A stretch of 64,000 nucleotides of DNA from Octopus vulgaris (taxonomy: Eukaryota). The stretch's first letter is position 1. Every line of letters begins with the position of its first letter. The stretch lies in contig OX597819.1 of the NCBI GenBank assembly GCA_951406725.2, positions 105,090,001 through 105,154,000 of the forward strand. The letters are read 5' to 3'. Of the stretch, positions 22,842-34,322 are shown piece after piece. The position numbers and the translations under genes were made by a program. The notes beneath the pieces were generated by a model that searched no databases, was not told where the DNA came from, and saw nothing but the letters and a program-made list of their open reading frames with translations.

Positions 22842-25501
22842 TGTGTATATATATATAAAGTTTTTAAAATTATTTTGTATTATATAATGATACGCACCCC
22901 CACACACGGTAAACCCCATGTACACACTATTATTTAGTAAATTATATAGTGTTATTGTACATACATTCACAGATTCGTATGTTGATCGATTGTTTTGAAA
23001 ATCCTGCTTCGTCTCATATACCTAATAAAAATTAGAGGCTGTTATATTCCATGTAATACCTACATGTGGTTTTGTTAGAAGAGTATATTGTCAATATAGT
23101 TGATAAACTCATTGTATATGTGTGTTGTTATATATCGTCAACCTTCTTTCCGTGAAAAATAAAAAGGCGAAGTTGTCCCTGGTGAGATTTGAACTTAGAA
23201 TACAGAATACATAAACAATGTAAACGATATTATCTGGACCCTCTGTCGTTGCCATCAATAACAACATATTCAAAAAGTTTAAGAAATGGGAAATGGATTT
23301 ATAATAACTACTCTAACTTTGCAGAATCCTTCAACCCGCCACTTTTCAACTAAAGATGACTCTGTAAGTAACTGTGCTGTTGAGAAAGTCACAACATTGT
23401 TACCTGTTTCGATTCTGACTACACACATGCATACAAACGTATACCCAGACACACATACGCTTACACATCCACTCGTACGCTTGCACATCCACTCACACAC
23501 ATACCAAAATTCTTCGCAAAGTCTTCCGTTTCACCCCGTCTGTCTTGCCACCTTGTATATGTGTATATGTGCGTGTGTATGTGAGAGTATCTGTGTGTAT
23601 GTATGTATGTATGAGAGAGAGAGAGAGAGAGGTACTAAATGCGAACCTTGCTGATCCCCATCCTCCTGGATCAGTTTCGTGTCAGGAAAACATGTGGCTA
23701 TTTAACTTTTTTTTTAAAAAGAAAAGAGCGGGGTAGGGGAGGGCGACTTCTTTTATGGCATTCCTTCAGTTGTAACAGCAGACATTTCAAAAATCACAGC
23801 CCTTTCGTTCGTTAATTTCCATAACAAATTTTTATTTCATTAAAGAGAGGAGAAAGTGAAAAGACATTTGCTTTAGAGTGACTTTTTGCGGGTCACACAG
23901 GGCGACCACTTTACATGTAGTCGAAGGTATGTTAATGTTTAAAGAAGGGTGGGCGTCAATTTGGCTGCTGCGCTGCACAGTGCAGTCGAAAACCCACTCT
24001 ACACTACTTTAAACAATTCTTGTTATGTTAAGCACTTTTTTGCTTTCAGTGCAGATTCTGTGGAGCGAGATACTAATGAGACATGTTTTCATGAACCTGT
24101 GATAACCTTGTCCTACGAAACTTTGGTACTGATAGCCTTGATATCAGCAAACTCTTACTTTTGATAATTACTAAAAGTATTTGCATTGTTGGGAATCCTT
24201 TATTTTCAAAAGGTATCTCAGAGTCACAGGTGTTTTGCCCGGTAGCCTGTATGCTTCACTTGAGTAGGGCGTATGTACATGATGCCATACTTCATTCCAT
24301 AACCCTACAAGCACTACACTATATACATACCCCCACCCCACTGCCCAAACTACTGATGACTCAGCTCAAGTGGTTTTGAAAATATAGTCCTTTCTCTAGT
24401 TCAAATGTGACCTACCTATGTGGTTATTGCTCACATATCTGGAGCTGTGCCATTATTTCACACAAAAGAAAACCACCTACATTTCATAAGAAAAAAAATG
24501 TAAAGCAGAAATAAGGCAAAAGCCACTTTAGTGGATTGCTGAAGACCTGTTAAAATGCTACACAGTGTAGATCTCCCAACTTCAGTGGTTTCTGCCTCAT
24601 TGAGCTTACACAATGCCCTTACTTTGCCCTCTTTCTCAATACTGCATCACATCCTACAAACACCCACTTCTAAACTGTTCCTTCCCAGCACTGAAGCTGC
24701 CTCTGTTGTTGTTTAGCCTGGGGTCAGTTGTGGTTCAGTACACCTATATGTAGTCATTCCAGTCATAACTATCTCATCTCTTATTCCGTCCTATTGTACC
24801 TAGGACTACATTATCTAACATGTCCTGGGTGTGATATGTGGGAGATTTGACTGCAATCATCTTATTGGTCCTTTTCACATTTCAAGTAGTCATACATCAT
24901 ATCCACTTCACCAGACATTTTGAGCCTTTGAAGTTGATAAGAATTGCTCCACAAGACTTGTTTTTTTTTTTTTTCAAACTCCAGTAAAGCTTTTCAAAGA
25001 TGCAGAAATTAATAATAAATGAAAAAAAAAAACCTGGAAATCTCTAGAATTTCTTTTACTAAAACAGAAACAATTGCTATAATAGTTGCTAAGTTGGGGA
25101 CAGTACAGAAAAGAAAGGCATAACCATTCAAAATCCCTGGAGTTAGAGACATCATCAATTTTATGTTTTTTTTACATATACTGGCAAAGGTTGGATGAGA
25201 TTCTTTTTTGGCAGTACTTTATGGCTGGATGCCCTTCTTGATGTCAATCTGTACTTGATTCCAAGTAAAGTACTTTTTACACCTGAAGTTTTCACATGGA
25301 AATTATTGATTTGGCAGGATGTTATTTATAAGGGACACAGTGTCACTGAAAATACAGACACGTATGTGTGTGTGTAAGGAACTTTTTCATCACCCATTCC
25401 CTTCTGATCATTTCAAAATGTAACCACATGTGAATCGTTGGCGATTTTTTTTTTTTTTTTTCCTTCATCTTCCTTTGCTCTTGGACTTTGCTCTGTCTCC
25501 T

Positions 25502-25536
25502 GTTTCTGAAGAAGAGCTTTGCTTGAAATGCAAAAC
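25502..25536 (+). ncRNA. Decayed hammerhead-like fold with canonical CUGAAGA core, related repeat (~25470-25625)
   Basis: GTTT CTGAAGA A GAGC-TTT-GCTT GAAA TGC A AAAC. Stem I has changed to GTTT/AAAC with pairing kept; stem III is mutated. Confidence 0.45.
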
Positions 25537-25687
25537 CACCTTTCTTTCCTTTCCTGAGCGTCTGTTAATACTTCGCATCCTCATGTTTTTTTCTTGTGTT
25601 TGTTCTCCGTTTGTTAGGATTTACAATTTTATATATATATATAATACACGTGTGTGTGTGTATGTATATATATATACATATATATAT

Positions 25688-25938
25688 GCCGTGCCGGTGG
25701 CACGTAAAAAGTACCAACCAATCGTGGCCATTGCCAGCCTCTCCTGGCACCTGTGCCGGTGGCACGTAAAAAGCACCCACTACACTCCCGGAGTGGTTGG
25801 CGTTAGGAAGGGCATCCAGCTGTAGAAACACTGCCAGATCAGACTGGAGCCTGGTGCAGCCTCATGGCTTCCCAGACCCCGGTCGAACCGTCCAACCCAT
25901 GCTAGCATGGAAAACGGACGTTAAACGATGATGATGAT
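25688..25938 (+). mobile_element. RTE 3'-end copy (young); further decayed copies at ~708-1010, 28935-29120, 36340-36670, 44360-44535, 52260-52460, 62600-62790
   Basis: GTGCCGGTGGCACGTAAAAAG units, GGCGTTAGGAAGGGCATCCAGC, CATGCTAGCATGGAAAACGGACGTTAAACGATGATG tail. Confidence 0.8.
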
Positions 25939-28109
25939 ATGTGTGTGTGTGTATATGTAATACATATGTATGTGTATATATATAATATATATATGTCTGT
26001 GTATATATATGTGTGTATGTGTATATATATAATATATATATGTCTGTGTATATATATGTGTGTATGTGTGTGTATATATATATATATAATGCATGTGTGT
26101 ATATATATATATATATATAAAGATACACACTTTCACATGCCCTCCCCCTTTTACATACACATATATTCACACAGAGTTGAAACGCTCACCCCTTCCTTTC
26201 TCATTCATAAACACATGAGTATTATTATAGTAGATTATCTCAATAACCATAGGGGCTATGAAAAATATATAACACACACACACACACACATATATGTGTG
26301 TGTGTGTGTGAGTATATATATATATACATATAGATGTGTGTGTGTATACATACATACATACATGATGAGCTTCATCTCAGTTTCATTCTACCAGTTTCAC
26401 TCAGACATTTAATCATCCTGAGAGTAGAGTAGAAAACTCTTGCAGCTGTGGGACAGAACTTGAAGAAAAGTGGTTACTGAGCAAACTTCATAAGCACACT
26501 GCCATGTCTGTGCCCCCCCCCCCCCCCAACGTACATATGCCCCTCTCCCTTGAGAAACAAAATTTTTGAGCATAGGTACACAATATACATGCATATTGTA
26601 AGTGGTTGTTGAAAGGGTTGTAGTCAGAAGGAGTATCTGGCCATAAAACCTTGTTTCATTAAGTCCTTGCTAATTCATTCTGGCATGAAAAAGTGAACAA
26701 AATACAATTAACACCTGTGTATAATCATACATACATTGTATACATCTGATAGTTTCTTTCCATGTCATAACTTGCTAAAAAGTCAAGTTTTATTTATGTT
26801 AAGGTCATTTTATTTTTAATTTCAGCAGAGTCACTAGAGCATCAGATAAAATACTTTGTGGTATTATTTGCTTTGGCACTTTGCATTCTGAAATTCAAAT
26901 TCCAAAGGGTTGAACTTTGGTGGTGGATCAATAAGAAAGGGCCAATCTAGAGTAGTGGATTGGCAGAACTATAACAATGGAATGCCTTATGGTATTTGTC
27001 CTTGTTCTTTATGTTTTGAGTTCAAATCCTGTCATGACCTGCATGAATAGCAGATTTAATCTCTGGTATTCTCTCCCCACCTTCTACAGCACATTCCTAC
27101 AAAATAAGCTCCAACAAAATTCCATTGACTGCTTAGAAAAATTACTTTGCTACCATAAGCTAATCTTTTCTGATGACCAAAGATATCAAAAAGCCTTTTG
27201 ACCACAGTCAAAACAAAGAATGGTTGCACGGAACTCTGAATCTGAAGTGTTGACGTGGCAGACAGAATTTTGCAAGATGTTATGGAGATTAGTAAATAAT
27301 GACCATCTGGTAGAACATTCTGATAAGAACATGAATTAATTATGATGTTGTTGCTTTTGTTTAGTCCTAGGATAGTCCTAATTGAGCAGAACTATGAGCT
27401 TTGACCATTCCATGTTTCCATCTTGGAAATATGAAATGGTCACATATGACTACATTATCCAATGTAAGCTTTCTTTAAGACAATAGGATTTGAGTTGAAG
27501 CACATTTGGCAGCTGTTTCTAGTATTTCAAACAACCATGTAAAGTCTGCCTCATTAACTTATGAGCACAAATATTTAATTTTTGGTCTTCCTGAGTGAGA
27601 TGTATGATCATCCATTTATGACCATCTTGTAGGAATGCAATATCTAATGTGTCCTGGGCATATAAAGAATGGTAAGGTTTGATTTGAGGGAGGTTTGGCT
27701 ACTATTTCTAGTAGTAGGTCAAGTAATTGTATAGAGGTTCCCTTGCTGGTTTGTTAGATGTTTTAGGGGAAATATATAAGAAATTCTTTACATAAAACAT
27801 GTTCTTAAATGATGGCATGAAGATCAAACAGATAATTTTTTTTATCTGTTTGTCTGTTTATGCCATAAAGTTATATTATATTATGAAGAGTTATGAATTA
27901 GATTGGATACTTGTATGGAGATGAAGGTGGAGAGAGGGATAAAAGATTGGGGAAAACATCAGAAGGAGAATGAGGAGAAATGATGCATGTTAATTTACCT
28001 GGAGACAGGTGATGTTTGGCAGCAGGAAGGATAACTGGTCATAGAATATCTGTTGCATTTGACCCATGTAAGCATGGGAAAGTGGATGTTAAACTCGTGA
28101 TAAGGATTG

Positions 28110-28141
<32 letters not shown>

Positions 28142-28219
28142 ATTGCAGCGTGGGAGGTGTTTATAAGCCATTTAAGAAACACACAAAAGCCGTTCGATTC
28201 ACTCAACATTTAAGTTTAA

Positions 28220-28269
28220 TTTGTCAAAATATTTTCGTCGCTAAAATCCGCGACCTGTTCACTGACAAA
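28220..28269 (-). ncRNA. Mirror copy of the G3-C8 hammerhead-like fold
   Basis: Exact reverse complement of 28287-28336 in the left arm of the palindrome. Confidence 0.65.
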
Positions 28270-28286
28270 GTCCGTGCTGCACGGAC

Positions 28287-28336
28287 TTTGTCAGTGAACA
28301 GGTCGCGGATTTTAGCGACGAAAATATTTTGACAAA
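28287..28336 (+). ncRNA. Minimal type I hammerhead ribozyme-like fold, G3-C8 core variant
   Basis: TTTGTCA [stem I] GTGAACA [core] G GTCGC-GGATTTTA-GCGAC [stem II] GAAA ATAT TT [self-complementary AATATT stem III, UUU triplet] TGACAAA [stem I]. Confidence 0.65.
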
Positions 28337-28474
28337 TTAAACTTAAATGTTGGAGTGAATCGAACGGCTTTTGTGTGTTTCTTAAATGGCTTATAAACAC
28401 CTCCCACGCTGCAATTGTTTTCGTTTCAGCACACGATCTCAGATCAAATTACTTGCTATGCGAGTACATCTCCG

Positions 28475-28510
<36 letters not shown>

Positions 28511-30653
28511 GAACAAATAAATGGATTTTATGTGTTGTGACAATTGTTTCAGTAAGAATCTTTATTTTAATGCAAGCATAATACAATTTTTTAGATTATG
28601 AGGATTGCATAATGTATTGTATAATTTAGAAATTGTGTTATGCTTGCATTAAAATAAAGATTCTTACCGAAACAATTATTGTAACATTTAAAATCCATTT
28701 GTTCATTTATTGTCATTTGATGCCACATCCATATTTTGTTATTCGTTGAATAGCTTGTAAACAATTGGAATTGCTGCTTATTCAATAAGTGTCTTGACTT
28801 CATCAATGCCTTCTGCATCGATAATGGATTACTTCATTGTCTACTCCGTGTGATTCTGTTTAGCCAATCAGTTGTATGCTATATGTTGATGTTCCTTGAT
28901 TCATTATAAATCCTATGTAACTAAAATATACATACATCATCATCATCATCATCCTTTAACATCCTTTTCCCATGCTGGTAGTGGTTGGATGGTTTGACCA
29001 GAGCTGGGAAGCTGCACCAGGTTCCAGTCTGATTTGGCTTGGTTTCTACAACTGGATGCCCTTCCTAACGCCAACCATTTTACAGAGTGTGCTGGGTGCT
29101 TTTAACGTGCCACCAGCACATATATGTATACACACACTCTCTTTCTCTCTCTCATACATACAAGTATTATATATAACTTTGGTTGGTTGTGCAGTTGGAC
29201 TCAACTCAAAACCACGTGATTGAGAAGTAACCATGTCTGCAGCTACATTGATTTAAAGTGATCTAAAACCTTTCATCAAAATTTGTGTTAACTTATGTTC
29301 CAAACGTCTGAAATAATTGATGTTGTCTGCTATGGCCATGGCTGACCAATGCCTTGAAATTTGGTGGATAGAAAATTGTTAGAAGCCTATTGTATATACA
29401 TATACATAACTTGTTTGTGCATGCTGATTGAAAATAAGGCCACCTCTCATACAAAAGGCTTCATTGCTTATAATTTTCTGTGAAAATATGTCTGACCATT
29501 GAACAGTACATTGGATGAAGGACTAGGAGAATGTTGTCTTGCTTGAGAACAGTTGATAGTTGGAAGAGCATTCATGTTCCTTGGTATAAAATGTGGCAGT
29601 AAAGAAAAATACCATTATCAAACATTTCTTTGCCTTGCTAGAAACTGCAACCATATCTACTTCAGATCATGGCGTACATTTTAAAAAGACAGAAGGAAAC
29701 ATTGGATATTGTAGTCTTGGATACACTGTCCCTGAGAAAAACATGAGATGGTCACAACTGGAATGTCTTTCATCATCAGCTGTTCAGCGAGTTCTTATCT
29801 GGGGCTAATCACTAACTTCATCCAAAAGATAAAAGTCATGAAATGTTAATGGACTACCATGGAATTACTGGTCACTCTAAGTTATTGAATCTTCCAGTTC
29901 CCATATCTGCTTGTCTGTCCGTCAGTCTATGTATTAGTGTGTGTACAAAGGATCCCTTGCACTGGTGCTAAAATGGAAAGCCTGTACTTTATGCTCCTTC
30001 AAGTGACAAGTGAGTGAAACGATCTCATATTATTGCTGCTATCAGAAAATGTGCCCAATGTACTTTGTAAAATGCTTGGCAAATTTTTGAACAGAGAATG
30101 TATCGGGTCCCTTTATTCAGCCTCTCTAGTGTTGGTGCCATGAAAAATGTACTAAGTACACTCTGTAAAGTGGTTGACAATAAATGGGAAGAACATCCAG
30201 TTGTAGAAATCAGACCAAATGGTGTCTGAGGATCAATCTATAGAATCAGCAGCTTCCAGTAGATGGCTATGACTGGGAAAACCTGTCCAAAACATGTCAA
30301 CATGAAGAGTGGACATAAAAAGGATGAGGATGATGATTTTGCAGGGTTCCCAATGAAAATATCTTAAAATTAGAGTTGTGGAGATGGCATTGGCAGCAAT
30401 TGATAAAATAAAAGACTATGATGCTGTTAAACTATTTAATCAACTATATCTCTGCGAGCAGATGTGGGACCTCTACATGTCATTCATTTTGCTAGAAATA
30501 ACACACATCCTTCAAATCACATCCTACCATCTTAAATAAAAGACACTGAAGAAAAGATAAGATGGTCAGTGCTGGTATTCCTTTCTATTCCTCTTGTTTA
30601 GGACTGACCTAGGGTTAAAAAACAAATGAACAAAACTTTATCTCCTCTCTTAA

Positions 30654-30863
30654 TCCCTTTGATACCTGAGACTAACTACACTTGGTCCTACAATACAAAC
30701 TTCTTGATTTAAAGTGATCTAAAACCTTTCATCAAAATTTGTGTTAATTTATGTTCCAAACACTAGTTTAATAAAGACAGCTATTTTCCTAAATTCTTTG
30801 TTGTTTTCAAAGTTAGCTGAAACAAAGGCTATATATTTCAACAGAAACTTGGTAACAAAAGGG
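30654..30863. mobile_element. TTAA-flanked MITE, second family (internal fragment also at ~29247-29305)
   Basis: TTAA|TCCCTTTGATACC ... GGTAACAAAAGGG|TTAA. Confidence 0.6.
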
Positions 30864-30961
30864 TTAAAATAAATCTTAGTGTGTCAAGAAATAACAACCA
30901 AATCTCACTCTAAATCACACTCACACTTAAATATTAAAAGGTTACATTAAATGATGTCTTA

Positions 30962-31330
30962 TTACCTCCACCTTCCTGCCTTAGCGAAGGCGAGGTTTTG
31001 TTTTCAGTTGTGTTTGTTTGTTTGTGGACAAGATATCTCAAGAACTGCTGGATGAATTTGGACGAAACTTTCTGGGATGTTTGGCCTTATTACTGGCACA
31101 AACTAATTAGGTTTTGGGATTGATTCAGTACCAGATAAGGATTCTGGATAAATTTTCCTGTTTTTTTTACTTAATTTTTGAGAGCAGTCGGGTTCATTTT
31201 TAGTATTCTCGTTTGTGAGAGCAGTCAAGTTTATTTCAGATATTCTTATTTTAAAACTCATCTCTGGCTAATCATGGAGAGGTCATTGATGTTGCCTTGG
31301 CAGAGCTTTGCGCTCTGAGTGCGCTTGTTT
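30962..31330 (+). mobile_element. Helentron-associated non-autonomous element (HINE/DINE-1-like)
   Basis: 5' TTACCTCC(G)CC sub-terminal repeat, (GTTT)n, 3' CCTTGGC(G)GAG inverted copy, then a GCGCTC..GAGTGC stem-loop; T-rich flanks. Confidence 0.65.
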
Positions 31331-33289
31331 TATTTGGTGCCTGGTAAAGGAATTTTTTTTTCATAGCTTGTTTGACATTATTATTTTCTGTGGTTGAGTT
31401 ACAATATTAGTTTGTAATAAATGTAATGTTAGTCCTCAAGTAATCATCTTTTCCTCCTCACTACATAATTATATCTCATTAACTTTCTAATGTCAACTAC
31501 ATAAACTATTAGCATTAACTATTAGTTTGGAATGTTTTATTTCTTTTTTCGTTTTTTTTCGAGATAAAATAAATTATTCAGTAAATATTTTTAATGGTAA
31601 AATATGATAAAAGTTAATTTATTTTGTTTAGGAACAGGAATAGTTAGGTGGTTAACAAATTTATTTGACAGCCACATGGTTTTGTGTTCAATCCCATGAA
31701 CAGAACCTAGTGCTAGCCTCATGTTTAAACAGTACCATGTGAGTGGAATTTAGTTGATGGAAATTAGAGAAGCCAGTTGTGTATATCTCATCACCTTTCT
31801 ATATCTGTTTTTCCTTACTTAAATGAACCGGATGGATTTTGTTCAGCAGTGTCTTTCCACTTGTTGCAGTTCATCATTATCTCTTTTGTAAAGCCCAATC
31901 TTTTGAGATCAGCCTTCATCATTCCATCCCATATCTTCTTGGGTCTTCTTCCCCTTTTACATGTTCCTTCCATTTGGATCTCTCAGCAATTTGATTTTCC
32001 ATTTACTCACTTATCCATAGTTGTGCAGTCTTCTCTATTGCACTCTGTATCTGATATTTCTTAAGTCAGTTTGTCTTTCAGTTTATTTGTGCTCTTTTAT
32101 TCATGGTGGTTAACATTAATGTATAATTACACATTTTTGGATAATCATACTTTATGCATTGATGAACTACTCCAGTGGAAGTAATTTCTTTCTAGCTTTC
32201 ACATGACCTCTGCATTTAGTTTTGCTATCATGCACAAATTGCACTTGTAGCCAAGTATCATGCAATCTACCTTCATTAAGATTTAGAATCCCTTTGTTGC
32301 CAGCAGTAAATTGGCAGTGTTTGGACAGAATGCTACAAGATATTTGTTTCAATTTTCTGCTGTCTGAGTTAAAATCCCACCGAGGTTAACTTCACTTTAT
32401 ATTCTTTTAGGATTCATAAATAGTTAACAAGGTAGTGCAGTGGATTCAGGAAAGAACACTGAACTGGATATCTCCCAGTATTTGTTCTGGTTCTTTGAGT
32501 TCTGAATTTGAATCTTGTCATGGTCTACCTGGATGGTACCATTCTATAGCAAGCATATGGGTCAGATATTCTCCCCACCTTTCTTCCTAACTGTCTTGGA
32601 GGCCATGTAAAGGGCCATGGGTGTAACCTTCCTTCCTGCCTAAAAGATTAAAAAAAAAAGAAATGAGTAACAACTGAATGATTTTTTTGTACTTTGCCCT
32701 TACTCTGGCTTGTGTTCTTTTGGAACGCCCATCTCCTGTTGATTAGGTTACCTAAATAATGGAAGCTTCACAACTAGCATGCTGTATCAGATCTGTAGGT
32801 GTATGAAAAAGTTTGAAAAATTAAGATCACCTACAGTGAAACAATGACTCCTGGTATGTTGAATTTAATGCTACAGTATAACAGATCACTGAAGGCATGT
32901 GGCCTAGCACTTAAAGATATTTGACTTACAATCATAATGTTATGGGTTCAATTCCTGGATCAGGCAGTTTTGTTCTTAAGTCACTTCATTTTACATACTC
33001 AGCCAAAAACGAAAACCAGTCAAGTGCTGGTTACAGCACTCTCTCATTAAGCTGTTACATCCTGGATGTGTCAATAGGTCAAAGAGTGGAAAAGTCAAGA
33101 GGCTGTTTTGTCTGCACATGACTACATAGGTACTTAATGCTCGTTCATAGGCGACGGCTGAGTTTCTATAATGCACCAGTAATTTAGTATATTCATTTAA
33201 TGCATCGTGTGTATTTGTTTACTTGTCTCGCTCATTAGATTACTTCATTGTTGGGGCGCTACTTTCAATAGTTCCTACTTACTTATTTG

Positions 33290-34078
33290 GGATCTTTTCC
33301 TTTTGAAGGCCGGATTTCAACACAATTTCTAGTTAACTAAACACTTTAAAACTTCGTATACTGGTAGAATGTGTCAAAAGAAAACATTATTTTCAGTTGG
33401 TTTCTTGATAAATTTGTAATTCGTTTGTTTAACGTAGTTTAATTTTTCGAATTTTAACCAATGAATCGCCTCCATTTGAGCTGAAATCATTTGCTGCGTC
33501 TAAAAACTGAGACAACATCCTGTAACTAACCCTCCCCCTCCCCTAACCCTAATTTTTTTCTTCTTAATTGTTAAATTAATTTAATTGTTACGCGTGTAAA
33601 AATACTAAAGCAATGGAAAATAATTTAAACAATTAACATACAAAATAATTCTATAATTTTTATACACACGCTTTCCGTACGTAGAAGAAAAGCGTGTGTA
33701 TAAAAATTATAGAATTATTCTGTATGTTAATTGTTTAAATTATTTTCCATTGCTTTAGTTTTTTTACACGCGTAACAATTAAATTAATTTAACAATTAAG
33801 AAAAAAAAAAATTAGGGTTTGGGTTAGGGGGGAGGTGAGGGTTAGTTACAGGATGTCTCAGTTTTTAGATGCAGCAAATGATTTCAGCTCAAATAGAGGC
33901 GATTCATTGGTTAAAATTCGAAAAATTAAACTACGTTAAACAAACGAATTACAAATTTATCAAGAAAGCCAAGTGAAAATAATGTTTTCTTTTGACACAT
34001 TCTACCAATATACGAAGTTTTAAAGTGTTTAGTTAAGTAGAAATTGTGTTGAAATCTGGCCTTCAAAAGGAAAAATAC
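33290..34078. mobile_element. Foldback DNA transposon derivative, GGATCTTTTC family, ~385-bp arms, 8-bp TSD
   Basis: Near-perfect inverted arms around a ~14-nt loop (33675-33688). TSD CTTATTTG at 33282-33289 and 34079-34086. Internal CCCTAACCCTAA / TTAGGG motifs. Confidence 0.85.
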
Positions 34079-34124
34079 CTTATTTGGACCCCAGTACTTA
34101 TTTCAATTGAGTACATATAGTGAT

Positions 34125-34322
34125 TTCAAATTTTGGCACGTGGCCAGCAAGTTCGGGGTTTTGGTAAGTTGATTACATCGACCCCAGTGTTCTAATAACA
34201 CTTATTTTATCGACTCCGAAAGGATGAAAGGCAAGCGGAAATTTGAACTTAAAACGTTAAGATGGATGAAATGCTGCTAAGCATTTTGCCAGGCGTGTTA
34301 ATGATTCTGCCAGCTCGCCGCT
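34125..34322 (-). mobile_element. Second SINE family; copies at ~12043-12245, 21097-21292, 41760-42180, 45770-46085, 46455-46745, 53850-54045
   Basis: Minus strand GGCGAGCTGGCAGAATCATTA...GTTCAAATT...GCCTTTCATCCTTTCGG..TCGATAAAATAAG, a domain shared by all listed copies. Confidence 0.75.

Larger units (their letters stand above)
28141..28476 (+). mobile_element. Penelope-like (pLTR-derived) non-autonomous element: 276-bp palindrome plus 60-nt tail, inserted in (TA)n
   Basis: 28141-28416 is a palindrome centred on 28278 with one indel. It has a one-sided tail, (TA)n on both sides, and hammerhead folds. Inverted pLTRs and minimal hammerheads are known features of Penelope-like elements. Confidence 0.55.

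Noticed and set aside
22277-22887. 193-aa and 135-aa ORFs
   Set aside because: Translation of the (TCTA/TCTG)n microsatellite.
33541-33552. Interstitial telomere (CCCTAA)2
   Set aside because: Only two units and an integral part of the foldback element arms.
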